Origin: Ignavibacteriota bacterium
GTDB lineage: Bacteria; Bacteroidota; Ignavibacteria; UBA10030; UBA6906
DNA: 64,000 bases
NCBI GenBank assembly: GCA_963801355.1
Contig: CAWDEM010000008.1
Location: forward strand, 2,272,001-2,336,000
Reading direction: 5' to 3'
The position numbers and the translations under genes were made by a program. Positions 49,506-59,859 of the stretch are shown piece after piece. How positions within the stretch are numbered: position 1 is the stretch's first letter; every line of letters starts with the position of its first letter. The notes under the pieces were generated by a model. That model saw only the letters and a program-made list of their open reading frames with translations. It did no database searches and was not told where the DNA came from.

Positions 49506-50882
49506 TCATGCCGCCGGCAGGGCGGACTTCACCAACCGCACCGCAAACGAACCATCCATACCATGGCGGTGCGGGAAGGTGGCGATCCACCCCCCGGGGG
49601 TGACAAGGTCGGGATGCACAAATTGCCCCGCCGGATCAATGTGAAATTCCGGATGATCCTCCAGAAACCCTGCAATCATCTCTTCATTCTCCTCGGGTTC
49701 GATCGTGCAGGTGCTGTACACGAGGACGCCGCCGGGTTTCAACAATCGCCCCGCGTTCTCCAGCATTGCCCGCTGTGTTGCAACCAGCTTCATGATATCC
49801 AGTTGATCGCGTTTCCATTTCATGTCGGGCTTCTTGGCGAGGGTCCCGAGACCCGAGCAGGGTGCATCAAGAAGGATACGGTCGGCCGGGGATTCCTCAA
49901 ACGTGATCGCATCTGCCGCGCGGAGCTGAATGTTGCGCAGCCCGAGGCGCTCGGCCGAGCCCTTGATCATCGCGAGCTTCGCGTCGTATTTGTCCAGTGC
50001 GAAGATCACCCCCTCGTTGTTCATCATCTCCGCGAGGTACGTTGTCTTTCCCCCCGGAGCCGCGCACATGTCAATGACCCGCTCTCCCGGCCGCACATCC
50101 AGCAGCTGGCAGGGCAATCCCGCACTTTCATCCTGAATCGTGAACATCCCGTTGCGGAAGAGGTCCATCTGGCCGATGCGCGACAGGGTCTTCACCCGCA
50201 CAAAATGCGGGAGGTACGCCGAGGATGAAAAGGGAATCTGTTGCCCGGTGAGGTGATTCTTGAATGCGTCCAGATCAATCTTGAGGCGGTTGATGCGCAA
50301 CGCCATGCTCGGACGTTCGTTGTTTGCCATCATCAGCCGTTCGGTTTCTTCACGGCCGTAACGGCGCAACCAGCGCTTCACCATCCAGTGGGGATGGGAA
50401 TAGAACACCGCAAGATACTGTACTTCATCCTCTGCGGGATCGGGATACCGGATGCCTTCGATGTTCCGGATGATGTTCCGGAGAACCGCGTTCACCAAAC
50501 CTGCAGGCTTGTCGCCGCGAATGCGCTTGATGAATTCCACCCCCTCATTCACCGCCGCGGCGTGGGGAATTCGTTCCAGGAAGAGGATCTGATAGAGGGC
50601 AACGCGGAGGGTGTTCTTGACGTTGATCTCGGACTTGGCAAAATTCCCGTGGGAGAATCCGTTCAGCACCCAGTCCAGTCTGTTCTGCCAGCGGAGGACG
50701 CCGTGGACAAGCTCGTTGAGAAGCCCTTTATCCAGATCGGAGAGCTCGCCGGAACGGAGTTCGCCGTCAAGCACCTTGTCGAGGTACGAGTCGGTGCGTT
50801 CGACGCGGTTGAGGACTTTGACTGCCGTTCCGCGGGGCCCGCTGTAGAGGCTCTTCCACTCGGCTGCCGGGACGTCATTCAT
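49506..50882 (-). CDS. rsmB: 16S rRNA m5C967 methyltransferase
   Basis: NusB-like N-terminus; DMCAAPGGKT, LLDAPCSG, VYSTCT. Confidence 0.93.
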   Translation of the reverse strand: MNDVPAAEWKSLYSGPRGTAVKVLNRVERTDSYLDKVLDGELRSGELSDLDKGLLNELVHGVLRWQNRLDWVLNGFSHGNFAKSEINVKNTLRVALYQILFLERIPHAAAVNEGVEFIKRIRGDKPAGLVNAVLRNIIRNIEGIRYPDPAEDEVQYLAVFYSHPHWMVKRWLRRYGREETERLMMANNERPSMALRINRLKIDLDAFKNHLTGQQIPFSSSAYLPHFVRVKTLSRIGQMDLFRNGMFTIQDESAGLPCQLLDVRPGERVIDMCAAPGGKTTYLAEMMNNEGVIFALDKYDAKLAMIKGSAERLGLRNIQLRAADAITFEESPADRILLDAPCSGLGTLAKKPDMKWKRDQLDIMKLVATQRAMLENAGRLLKPGGVLVYSTCTIEPEENEEMIAGFLEDHPEFHIDPAGQFVHPDLVTPGGWIATFPHRHGMDGSFAVRLVKSALPAA

Positions 50883-50896
50883 GTGTGGTATTCAGG

Positions 50897-50932
50897 AAAA
50901 GGAAGGGCGGAGGACACCGGGTGACCTCCGCC
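50897..50932 (-). terminator. Probable intrinsic terminator or hairpin downstream of rpmE
   Basis: GGCGGAGG (50906-50913) / CCTCCGCC (50925-50932) stem, followed on the minus strand by CTTCCTTTT. Confidence 0.5.
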
Positions 50933-50971
50933 GCAGGGATACGGGCAGGGACACTGCTGGGACAGAGAACC

Positions 50972-51193
50972 CTATGCGGTAGTCTGGTCCGCAGTTTTTT
51001 TGCCGTACTTCTTCAGGTAGCGCTCAACGCGGCCGGCCGAGTCGACCAGTTTCTGCCGCCCTGTGAAGAACGGATGACACGCAGAACAGATTTCGAGTTT
51101 GAGATCACCGGCCGTGGATCGCGTCTCGAAGGTATTCCCGCAAACGCATGTCACCACAGCTTTCTTGTAGTCCGGATGGATGCCTTCTTTCAT
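50972..51193 (-). CDS. rpmE: 50S ribosomal protein L31 (zinc-binding form)
   Basis: [32 protein letters not shown]. Confidence 0.97.
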   Translation of the reverse strand: MKEGIHPDYKKAVVTCVCGNTFETRSTAGDLKLEICSACHPFFTGRQKLVDSAGRVERYLKKYGKKTADQTTA

Positions 51194-51245
51194 CTGAGTC
51201 CCAACCCTGATAATTGCCCGATTGTTGTTGCTTCCAAAGTTATTA

Positions 51246-51274
51246 AAGGTACCGCTTTCAGGGACAAGAAGCAA
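51246..51274 (-). promoter_or_regulatory. Sigma70 promoter for rpmE
   Basis: Minus strand TTGCTT, 17 bp, TACCTT. Confidence 0.5.
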
Positions 51275-51277
51275 TAT

Positions 51278-51306
51278 TTGAAATTCGCCCGGGGAATGCC
51301 TACATT
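51278..51306 (+). promoter_or_regulatory. Sigma70 promoter for porQ
   Basis: TTGAAA, 17 bp, TACATT. Confidence 0.55.
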
Positions 51307-51349
51307 GCAGGCGAATTGTGTAGCGATGGATCACCCGGGGTGAGGAGCG

Positions 51350-52300
51350 ATGAAGCGATTTTCTCTCTGCATTCTTGTGGCCGGAATTGCCGCACTTGCG
51401 ACGGAAACCCTCCAGGCAGCCGGAGCCACGACGGCATTCAGTTTCCTGCGAAACGATGCGAGCGCCAGGACGGCCGCCCTCGCCGGCAGCGTTGTCACCA
51501 TCACCGACGATCCGAACATGGTCTTCTACAATCCGGCGAGTCTCGCCACCATTGAAGGCATGCGCGGTTCAATCGGCTTGTTCAAACATCTCCTGGATAT
51601 CAACGCGGGTGCCGCTTCCTATTCCACCGAAGTCGAAGACATCGGCAGGTTTGGCGTGGGGCTGCTGTACACGAACTACGGCTCGTTCACTGAAACCGAC
51701 GCCGTCGGCAACACCCTCGGAACGTTCGGTGCGAATGACCTTGCGTTGAGCATCGGCTATGCAACCACGCTGGAGGAACAGCTGTACGTCGGCGGTACCG
51801 TCAAATTCATCTACTCCGGCATCGCAGGCTACACGTCCACCGCCGTGGCCGCAGACGTGGGCATTCTGTACCGGATCCCGGACGCGCGCGTGGCGCTCGG
51901 CGCAAGCATCCGCAATCTGGGGGCTCAACTTGCGACATATAATGGCGTCCGCGAACAACTGCCCCTCGATGTGACCGTGGGTGCATCGGTCGTTCCCAAG
52001 GGCCTGCCTCTCCTGCTGAACGTCGGATTCCACAGACTCGCTGACAATGTCCCTTCCCTCGGCGAACGGTTCCGTCATTTCACCGTAGGCGGGGAATTCA
52101 CGCTGAGTCGTGTGCTGCTCCTGCGGGTGGGATTCGACAACGCGAAAAGGAAGGATTTCAAAATTGGTTCGTCCGCCGACCTGGCGGGCTTTTCCGCGGG
52201 GCTGGGCGTCCTGGTCAGCGACTACACCATCGACTACGGTCTGTCATCGCTGGGCAAAGCAGGCAACCTTCACCGCATCTCGGTCAGCACAACATTCTGA
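51350..52300 (+). CDS. porQ: Type IX secretion outer-membrane protein, PorQ-like
   Basis: [43 protein letters not shown], terminal Phe. Confidence 0.75.
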   Translation: MKRFSLCILVAGIAALATETLQAAGATTAFSFLRNDASARTAALAGSVVTITDDPNMVFYNPASLATIEGMRGSIGLFKHLLDINAGAASYSTEVEDIGRFGVGLLYTNYGSFTETDAVGNTLGTFGANDLALSIGYATTLEEQLYVGGTVKFIYSGIAGYTSTAVAADVGILYRIPDARVALGASIRNLGAQLATYNGVREQLPLDVTVGASVVPKGLPLLLNVGFHRLADNVPSLGERFRHFTVGGEFTLSRVLLLRVGFDNAKRKDFKIGSSADLAGFSAGLGVLVSDYTIDYGLSSLGKAGNLHRISVSTTF

Positions 52301-52352
52301 CGGTACCCCCACAGGCTCTCTGTGCTGCAGGCTGACGTGCCGCGACAGGGGT

Positions 52353-53090
52353 TCAGCCCTCCAGCAGAACTTTGCCGAAGTAGAATAGCACCATCCCGGC
52401 GAACACCAGCATCGGTATGAGCCTGTTGCGTGAGTGATTGATTTCCGGGATCAGATCACTTGCCCCGACGTAGGTCGCAATCCCCGCAGAAAACGCAAAT
52501 GCACCGCTCACCAGCCGGACGCTTACTCCCCCCAGTGCGAGGCCCGCAATGGCACCGATCAACGTCGCGCCGCCGATGGCGATGCTTGCGGCCAGAGCCG
52601 TTGTCCGCCTGGATTTTGCGGACACCATGACCGACGCAACGGTCAATCCTTCGGGCATCTTGTGCAGCAACACGGCGATGAAGACCATGAGGCCGAGCGT
52701 GAAGTCGAACTGCATCCCCACCGCAATGGTAAACCCGTCAAAGAACGCGTGGATAAAAAGCCCCAGAAAGGTCGAAAAACTCGCCGCGCGTGACACCATC
52801 ACCTCGTGGTGCGTCTCTTCCCCGAAGTGCAAATGGCCCACGACTGTGTGCTCGAAGAAATGGAGCACCGCATACCCCGCGAGCATCAGGAGCGGGGCCT
52901 CGGAGCCACCGCCCTTCAGCGCTTCCGGCACGAGTTCCACAAACACCAGTGACAGCAGGAAACCCGCGCTGAGTGCCAGCAGGTACTCCTGCACCCGTGC
53001 GGGCCACCGCTTCCGCCAGATGACCAGCACACTCCCGGTGACCTCGGCAAGAGCTGCAAGGAGCGCATACCCGAGAATGGGTAGTGTCAT
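52353..53090 (-). CDS. ZIP family metal transporter
   Basis: LALSAGFLL..ELVPEA, HLHFGEETHH, IHAFFDG, LLHKMPEG, DLIPE. Confidence 0.9.
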   Translation of the reverse strand: MTLPILGYALLAALAEVTGSVLVIWRKRWPARVQEYLLALSAGFLLSLVFVELVPEALKGGGSEAPLLMLAGYAVLHFFEHTVVGHLHFGEETHHEVMVSRAASFSTFLGLFIHAFFDGFTIAVGMQFDFTLGLMVFIAVLLHKMPEGLTVASVMVSAKSRRTTALAASIAIGGATLIGAIAGLALGGVSVRLVSGAFAFSAGIATYVGASDLIPEINHSRNRLIPMLVFAGMVLFYFGKVLLEG

Positions 53091-54247
53091 GGCGTCGTGA
53101 CCTCCGCGTACGGAGTCTCCAGGTACTGCTCCGCCTGGGACAACGAATCCTTGAACTCTTTCATGGTGCGGACTTTCCTGTACTGTGCAATGGCGAGTGC
53201 ACGTTTCCCCTGCAGGTCGTAAATCATGCCCATCTTGAGATTGGCCATCACCATGAACCCCGACGGTTCCCTGGCGTCGAGCTCACGGCAGAGTGCATCG
53301 CAGCGGTACCACTCCTCCAGGGCGGAGTCGTATCGCCGGGCATTCATGGCACAGAGGCCGAGGTAGTAGACCGCCTCACGCTCGACCGTCCGTGTATAGC
53401 CCCGCGCCCCCGCCTGTGCGCGGCCGGCAATTTCGCGGAAGGTACCTTCGGCCGCCGTCCAGTTCCCCAACAGCACATAGCAGCGCCCGACGTACTTGTG
53501 AAACACCATGTTACCGGGAAACCGCTCATGGAGAGACCGCGCGATCTCAAGCGCCTTCGGATAGTCGCGTTCATAGCTGTAGTAAATCTGCAAGAGAAAA
53601 TACGACGTTTCAACGGACGCATACCGTGCGCGTGACGCGGCGAGGCGGAGTTGCTCGATCCCCTTCTTCTTGTCCCCGGATGGAATGAACAACAACAACG
53701 GCTTAACGAAAGGATACTCGTTGGGGATCACCTCGGCGTAGTAGTTGTAAATGCCGGTACCGAGGAGAATATCGTAGTTGTGCGGGTCCAGTTCGCTGGC
53801 CTGTTGCACAAGCGGAAGGGCTTTCCGGCCGGCATTGGCCGCGGCCAGCCAATCATCCCGGTGAAACCGCAGCCGCCCCTCGAAGCCGATCGCCCCCCCC
53901 TTGAAGAAGAATGCATCAACGTCGTCCGGATTGCGCTCGAGCATGGAGTCGCACATGCTCACCACCTCCTCCAGATCGCGAAAGAACCGCTCATCGTATT
54001 GACGGTTATCCAGATCGATCATGATGCGCCACCAGGTAATCATCGCGCGGAAGAAATATCCGGAGGGATGTTTCGGTTGGAGGGTAATCAGCGTCGAGAA
54101 TTCCTTCTCGGCCGACTCGAATTCCAGATTGTACACGGCCTGGATGCCGCGCTGCACGGTCGCCTGATACACGGAATCGTCCAGCACCCCTGCGCGCGAA
54201 CCGACGGCACTGCAGAGCACCGCAATGACGAACATCAGCAGTCTCAT
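53087..54247 (-). CDS. Exported TPR-repeat protein
   Basis: Signal peptide; repeated helical TPR-like units such as MGMIYDLQGKRALAIAQYRKV. Confidence 0.7.
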   Translation of the reverse strand: MRLLMFVIAVLCSAVGSRAGVLDDSVYQATVQRGIQAVYNLEFESAEKEFSTLITLQPKHPSGYFFRAMITWWRIMIDLDNRQYDERFFRDLEEVVSMCDSMLERNPDDVDAFFFKGGAIGFEGRLRFHRDDWLAAANAGRKALPLVQQASELDPHNYDILLGTGIYNYYAEVIPNEYPFVKPLLLFIPSGDKKKGIEQLRLAASRARYASVETSYFLLQIYYSYERDYPKALEIARSLHERFPGNMVFHKYVGRCYVLLGNWTAAEGTFREIAGRAQAGARGYTRTVEREAVYYLGLCAMNARRYDSALEEWYRCDALCRELDAREPSGFMVMANLKMGMIYDLQGKRALAIAQYRKVRTMKEFKDSLSQAEQYLETPYAEVTTP

Positions 54248-55164
54248 CCGGTCGCTCCTCCTGAAGGAGGAGCCGGAAGGATGTCTTCAACGGAATCCAG
54301 GGTGATGATCCCCTCCGGAGGCCGCAACAGCGGGGTCTTCAGAATGTACCACGTTGCAGCAACCAGCGCTATCGTGGCCAGGACTCCTCCCTCGGGGCCG
54401 AACTCCCCCCCCGTGAGCCACACGGGGCCCGATTGTTCGCTGAGAAAGAGGCGCCGCTCGGCGAATGCGAAGCCGCTCGTGGGAAAGGCATAGACCGTGG
54501 TCTGTGCAAAGTTCCAGGAAAGGTGAAGACCGAAGGGAAGCCAGAGACTCCGCGTCTTGAGATACGCAAACGAGAGCCATACTCCCGCGAGGAGAACGTT
54601 CGCCGTGCTCAGTATTGTTGCGTGAGGATTGCGGAAATGCGCAAGACCGAACAGCGCTGACATGAGCATCAGTGCCGGCAGAAATGTGATCCACTGCATC
54701 AGGGTCTGGAAAAGGTATCCGCGGAACAACAACTCCTCGAACATCGCCGAGAATGTGAAGTACAGCAGCGAAATCCCCACCGCACCCGAGATTTCCGCAG
54801 CCGTCAATCCGCACCACGACAGGTGGAGGACACCCAGACCGATTTCCACCAGAAAAATCCCCGTCATCATGAGGAAGCCGAGGAGCAGGCCGATGCCGCA
54901 CTCCCGCGGCGCGCGGGGATGCATCCACAATCCGACAGCCGCCAGCGGCTTGTGATTGACAAAACGCGTCACGACCCACGTGACGAGGAAAACGATGCCC
55001 AGCGGCAGGAGGCTCGATGCAACGGGTGTCCCGGCAAATGACGCCGGAAGCGCGTTATAGACGCCGATGCCGGCAATGGTCAGCAGGAGAAGGAACAGGA
55101 ATATTCTCCACCCGGCGCGGACTTCGTTATGCGGATCGCGGAAGACGTTGGTGAACAATGCCAT
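54244..55164 (-). CDS. CPBP (Abi/CAAX) intramembrane metalloprotease
   Basis: EELLFRGY, LFGLAH, LHLSWNF, GGEFGPEGG. Confidence 0.9.
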   Translation of the reverse strand: MALFTNVFRDPHNEVRAGWRIFLFLLLLTIAGIGVYNALPASFAGTPVASSLLPLGIVFLVTWVVTRFVNHKPLAAVGLWMHPRAPRECGIGLLLGFLMMTGIFLVEIGLGVLHLSWCGLTAAEISGAVGISLLYFTFSAMFEELLFRGYLFQTLMQWITFLPALMLMSALFGLAHFRNPHATILSTANVLLAGVWLSFAYLKTRSLWLPFGLHLSWNFAQTTVYAFPTSGFAFAERRLFLSEQSGPVWLTGGEFGPEGGVLATIALVAATWYILKTPLLRPPEGIITLDSVEDILPAPPSGGATG

Positions 55165-55244
55165 GATGACCTACGCGAGCTCCCGGGGCGCACCGCGAGC
55201 CGTCCGGGAGCGGATAGCCGCCGTCAGTGGAGAGCGCACCAGCT

Positions 55245-56573
55245 TCATAGACGCTCCTTGAGGTATGCCAGAAGGCGACCTGCCGCGATCCGTTCCTGCC
55301 GCATGGAGTCCCGTTCACGGACCGTCACACTCTGGTCCTCCAACGTCACGGAGTCGACCGTAATGCAGAACGGCGTGCCGACTTCATCCTGTCGGCGGTA
55401 TCGCCGGCCGACGGCACCGCTGTCGTCAAAGAAGACACGCATATGCGGACGGAGATCGGCTTCGATGGTTCGCGCGATTTCCGGCATGCCGTCACGGTTG
55501 ACAAGCGGAAACACAGCGACTTTCGTAGGAGCAAGCTTGGGATGGAATTTCATCACCGTGCGGAGTTCCATCTTTCCGTCGGCGGTCGGAGCCTCCTCCT
55601 CCGCATACGCATCGACGAGGAATGCCATAAATGACCGGCTGGCCCCCGCCGAAGTCTCTATCACCAGAGGCGTGAACTTCTCCTTTGTCTGTTCGTCGAA
55701 GTATTTCATCGACTTGCCGGAGAATTCCTCATGCCGGGAAAGGTCCCACGCCGCCCGGTTGTGGATGCCTTCAATTTCTCCCCATCCAAACGGGAAGTTG
55801 TATTCGATATCGTACGCATCCCGGGCGTAGTGCGCAAGTTTGTCCGGCTCGTGCTGATGGAACTGCAGCCGTTCAGCCCGCATGCCAAGCCTGCGGAACC
55901 AGTTGAGCCGTTCCTCTTTCCAGTACCCGAACCATTCGATATCAGTGCCGGGCTTGACGAAGAACTGCATTTCCATCTGCTCGAATTCCCGGGTGCGGAA
56001 GAGGAAGTTCTTTGTGTTAATCTCATTCCTGAAGGCCTTGCCGATCTGCGCAATGCCGAAGGGAATTTTCTGCCGGGATGAACTCTGAACATTCAGGAAG
56101 TTGACGAAGATGCCCTGCGCGGTCTCGGGCCGGAGGTAGACAACGGCGCTGGCGTCTTCCACGGGGCCGACGAACGTCTTAAACATCAGGTTGAATTGCC
56201 GTGCTTCGGTGAATTTTCCTTCCGCCTGGCATTTGTGTGCTTTCCGGCCTTTGTAGCCGGGATTCCCGCACATCGCGTCTTCAATCTGATCCGCCCGGAA
56301 TCGCGCCTTGCATTCCTTGCAGTCCACCATGGGATCCGTGAAATTTTCCACATGACCCGAGGCGTTCCAGACGGTGGGGTGCATCAGGATCGCCGCGTCG
56401 ATGCCCTCGATATCCTCCCGGTAGGTCATCGCCTGCCACCACTGCTCCTTCACGTTGCGCAGGAGTTCCACCCCGAGAGGACCATAGTCCCAGCACCCGT
56501 TCAAGCCGCCGTAGATCTCACTTGATTGAAAGACAAACCCGCGTCGCTTGGCCAGCGACACAATTTTTTCCAT
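55245..56573 (-). CDS. glyQS: Glycine--tRNA ligase, homodimeric type
   Basis: KRRGFVFQSSEIYGG, YLRPETAQG, GKAFRNEI, FRTREFEQME, RRYRRQDEVGTP. Confidence 0.97.
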   Translation of the reverse strand: MEKIVSLAKRRGFVFQSSEIYGGLNGCWDYGPLGVELLRNVKEQWWQAMTYREDIEGIDAAILMHPTVWNASGHVENFTDPMVDCKECKARFRADQIEDAMCGNPGYKGRKAHKCQAEGKFTEARQFNLMFKTFVGPVEDASAVVYLRPETAQGIFVNFLNVQSSSRQKIPFGIAQIGKAFRNEINTKNFLFRTREFEQMEMQFFVKPGTDIEWFGYWKEERLNWFRRLGMRAERLQFHQHEPDKLAHYARDAYDIEYNFPFGWGEIEGIHNRAAWDLSRHEEFSGKSMKYFDEQTKEKFTPLVIETSAGASRSFMAFLVDAYAEEEAPTADGKMELRTVMKFHPKLAPTKVAVFPLVNRDGMPEIARTIEADLRPHMRVFFDDSGAVGRRYRRQDEVGTPFCITVDSVTLEDQSVTVRERDSMRQERIAAGRLLAYLKERL

Positions 56574-56583
56574 GATGTCGGTA

Positions 56584-57048
56584 CTAATGGCTCGATCCCT
56601 TTCGTGACTGCTGTATGGACGTACGCATATCGAGAATGACCTGCATGACGGCTGCCCCGTCTTTCATGATCAGCAAAGAGACGTTCTTTTCACGGAGATG
56701 CTCTGTGCCGACGACTACGGCGCCGAGATCAGCAAGGGCGCCCCCGAGAGCGCTGTTGAACTCAACACTGGAGAACTCCGGTGCCACCAGCAACCGCACT
56801 GCGGGGGGGCTGGCGTTTCCCGGCCGTGCCGGGATAAAACGCAGGGCACTGCGTGGAATCCTGAAGGCGGCGGCCACCGCTTCCACCTGTTGTGCAACCG
56901 TTCGCCCTCCGCCTTGAACAGCAGGCTCAGGCGTGCGCTTGACGGAGGAACCGGCATGACCCGTCAGCTGCCCGACGACAACAAGGCCGATCGCACAGAC
57001 GGCCAGCAGTGCGACGATCCAGACCCTGAATCTGCGATACACGTTCAC
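56584..57048 (-). CDS. Hypothetical membrane-anchored protein
   Basis: Fills the gap in a co-directional operon; one N-terminal hydrophobic helix. Confidence 0.6.
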   Translation of the reverse strand: MNVYRRFRVWIVALLAVCAIGLVVVGQLTGHAGSSVKRTPEPAVQGGGRTVAQQVEAVAAAFRIPRSALRFIPARPGNASPPAVRLLVAPEFSSVEFNSALGGALADLGAVVVGTEHLREKNVSLLIMKDGAAVMQVILDMRTSIQQSRKGSSH

Positions 57049-57051
57049 GTG

Positions 57052-57840
57052 TTACGATCCCCGAAATACCGGTGGTCTCTTCTTCAAGAATGCCTGCACT
57101 CCCTCACGAAAATCCCCGGTCGCACAGCACTCTGCGAACTGCGCCGACTCGTGCGCCATTTCCGCTGACGGTGCCTCTGTATTTCCGCCAAAGAAAGCCC
57201 GCAGTAGTGCCTGCACGGCCAGCGGCGCCTTGGCAGCCAGCCCGCGCGCAAGTTCCATAGCGGACGGAAGAAGGTTTGGCGCCGGCAACACGCCTTGCAC
57301 CAGACCGATGCGCAACGCCTCCGCAGCATCAATCTGCCTGCCGGTCAACATGAGCTCAAGCGCCTTTCCCCTTCCTACGAGCTTCGGAAGGCGCTCCGTG
57401 CCGCCGTAGCCGGGGATCGTACCCAGATTCACCTCCGGCATCCCGAACCTCGCGCTCTCCGAGGCCAGGCGCAGGTGGCACGCCAGCGCCAGTTCGCACC
57501 CGCCGCCGAGGGCGTAGCCGTTGACCGCGGCGATCACGGGTTTGCCGATCTGCTCGATAAGGTTCATCAATGCGTGTCCCTGTTGCGAGAACGTCAGGCC
57601 GCGTTCGCGATCCAGCCCGGCCAGTTCTTCCACATCGGTTCCCGCAACAAACGCCTTCCCGCCGGCACCGGTGATCACTATCGCCCGCACAGAGGCATCA
57701 TCGCGCAGCAGCTCCATAAGCCCGAGCAATTCCTGCTTGGCAACGGCATTGAGCGCGTTCATCCGTGCAGGACGATTCACCGTGACACAGACCACGGGTC
57801 CGTCCGGTTCCACACGCAATGTCGTCAGTGCCTCATACAT
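57052..57840 (-). CDS. Enoyl-CoA hydratase/isomerase family protein
   Basis: NRPARMNALN, AFVAGTD, AVNGYALGGGCELA, PEVNLGTIPGYGGT. Confidence 0.92.
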   Translation of the reverse strand: MYEALTTLRVEPDGPVVCVTVNRPARMNALNAVAKQELLGLMELLRDDASVRAIVITGAGGKAFVAGTDVEELAGLDRERGLTFSQQGHALMNLIEQIGKPVIAAVNGYALGGGCELALACHLRLASESARFGMPEVNLGTIPGYGGTERLPKLVGRGKALELMLTGRQIDAAEALRIGLVQGVLPAPNLLPSAMELARGLAAKAPLAVQALLRAFFGGNTEAPSAEMAHESAQFAECCATGDFREGVQAFLKKRPPVFRGS

Positions 57841-57853
57841 GCGCCGCCCGATC

Positions 57854-58918
57854 TCACACGACTTCAACGCGGCTCTGGTCACCAATCAAGAAACGGTGCA
57901 CCAGAGGTTTGCCGGTTGCCTCAACGATCTCCACGTCATTCCCGAGGATGCTGCCTTCGAGCCGGATGCCAATATTGAGAATCTTGCAGTCCCGGAGAAT
58001 GATGCTGTATTCCACTTCGCTCCGCCGCACGATGGTGTTCATGCCGATGGAGGAAAAGGGGCCGACATAGGAATCTTCGATCAGGCAATGCTCACCGATG
58101 ATGGCAGGCCCCCTCACGACGCTGTTTACAATCCTGGCACCGCGCCGCACAATCACCTTCCCGGCGATTACCGAGCGCTCGTCAACCTCGCCCTCGATGC
58201 TCGGCGTGATGTTGTCCAGCACCAGACGGTTCGCCTCCAGCAGATCGGTGGGTTTGCCGGTGTCCTTCCACCACCCGGTGATCTCCGCAAACCCGACCTT
58301 GTACCCTTTGTCGATGAGATACTGGTGCGCATCTGAGATTTCCAGTTCACCCCGTGCACTTGGCGTGATCGCCTTGACAGCCTCGAAGATGTGGTGGTCG
58401 TACAGATAGATGCCCGCCACGGCAAAGGAGCTTTTGGGGTGCTTCGGCTTCTCTTCCACCGAGACAATCCTCCCGTTGGATATTTCCGGCACGCCGAACC
58501 GTTCCGGATCCTTGACCCTGGAGAGCGTCAGGTAGCAGTTGCACCCGCTCTTGAGAAATTCATCGATAAAACGGCGAACGCCGCCCACCACCATGTTGTC
58601 GCCGAGGTAGAAGATAAATTTGTCTTGTGCCACAAAGTCCTCCGCAAGAGCCACAACCTGTGCAAGGCCCCCGGGAGACACCTGCGGGATATAGGTGATG
58701 TGAATACCCCATCGCGATCCGTCGCCGATAGCGTTGGGTACCTCGTCGCTGTCGGCATTGATCACAATAGCGACTTCCTTGATTCCTGCATCTGCGGCCG
58801 CCTCGATGGCATAGTGGAGGATGGGCTTGTTCGCGATGGGAATCAGATGTTTGTTTCGTGTGTGCGTGATCGGACGCAGTCGCGTCCCGCGTCCGCCGCT
58901 CGCGATGAGAGCTTTCAA
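57854..58918 (-). CDS. rmlA: Glucose-1-phosphate thymidylyltransferase, long form
   Basis: GGRGTRLRPITHT, YLGDN, EEKP, SARGELEISDA, WWKDTG, hexapeptide-repeat C-terminus; TTG start. Confidence 0.9.
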   Translation of the reverse strand: MKALIASGGRGTRLRPITHTRNKHLIPIANKPILHYAIEAAADAGIKEVAIVINADSDEVPNAIGDGSRWGIHITYIPQVSPGGLAQVVALAEDFVAQDKFIFYLGDNMVVGGVRRFIDEFLKSGCNCYLTLSRVKDPERFGVPEISNGRIVSVEEKPKHPKSSFAVAGIYLYDHHIFEAVKAITPSARGELEISDAHQYLIDKGYKVGFAEITGWWKDTGKPTDLLEANRLVLDNITPSIEGEVDERSVIAGKVIVRRGARIVNSVVRGPAIIGEHCLIEDSYVGPFSSIGMNTIVRRSEVEYSIILRDCKILNIGIRLEGSILGNDVEIVEATGKPLVHRFLIGDQSRVEVV

Positions 58919-59859
58919 TGGGATTCCTCTGTTCCGAATGGTTGTTTCAGATACGACAGCGACAGCTCCATCAGGTCCTTCACCTGAGCGTTCGTGATCG
59001 TGCCTTTCTCCTTCGCCAGGCGCACGGTCTCAAGGGTCATGCGCGCATAATACGGAATCAGTGCGGGGGCGAACCGCTTCAAGGCCTCAAAGTGCCTGGC
59101 GATTGTCTCCGTTCCTCCGCGTGCCACCGGACCGGTGAGAGCCTTCGCGGGAGATGTTGCCCGGACATTGTGGAGGGTCGCGCGGAGAATAGGCGAAAAT
59201 GTTTCCAGAAAGTCCCTCCGTCCGGGGGCGATTTCGCGGTGAAAGGCGGCCAGGATTCCCAGGAGCGTGGTCAGGTGATTCGATGCCACGACGCACGCGG
59301 CGTGGTAGAACTCCCGCATCTCCGGCGGTACCAGGAGCGTGGTTCCATCCAGCGCGCGCGCCAGCAAGCGGGCCTTCCGGATGCCGGCGGGCAGGCCGTC
59401 CACCCCGTACACAATCCCCCGCGCCGACGGCACGATCTTGCGGGGTGGAAACTCCCGGGGGAAGGTCTGTATTGGATGGAACGAAAATACGGTGGCGCCC
59501 ACATCGCGCAGAGGCGCGAGGGCTTCTGCAGTGAGCATGCCGCTCGCATGGCATACTGCAACACCCCGCCAGGAAAACCCGTTCCGGCGCGCCAACACAC
59601 GCGCGACATCCCTGACCGCTCCATGCGGGGTGGTAATCATGATCACCTGCGTCCCCTGCGGAATGACGTCAGGAGAGGTGGATACCGTGCGACACGACAG
59701 CAGACGGCCGCACCGGCGGGCCGAAGACATGCTGCGCGAGACCACCGCGGTAATGCGGTGACCGTTCTCGACCAGGATCCGGCCCAACACCGACCCTACG
59801 GCACCCGCACCGATGATCGCAATATGGAGGGGCTGCGGACGTTTCATTGCACCGGTCAT
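58915..59859 (-). CDS. Rossmann-like plus DUF2520 protein (PanG-like oxidoreductase)
   Basis: IIGAGAVG, HASG, FHPIQTF, YHAACVVASN, LTGPVARG. Confidence 0.85.
   Translation of the reverse strand: MTGAMKRPQPLHIAIIGAGAVGSVLGRILVENGHRITAVVSRSMSSARRCGRLLSCRTVSTSPDVIPQGTQVIMITTPHGAVRDVARVLARRNGFSWRGVAVCHASGMLTAEALAPLRDVGATVFSFHPIQTFPREFPPRKIVPSARGIVYGVDGLPAGIRKARLLARALDGTTLLVPPEMREFYHAACVVASNHLTTLLGILAAFHREIAPGRRDFLETFSPILRATLHNVRATSPAKALTGPVARGGTETIARHFEALKRFAPALIPYYARMTLETVRLAKEKGTITNAQVKDLMELSLSYLKQPFGTEESH

Noticed and set aside
55179-55211. GCTCCCG/CGGGAGC hairpin after glyQS as a regulatory RNA
   Set aside because: Short GC stem with no U tract or conserved motif; cannot be distinguished from background.
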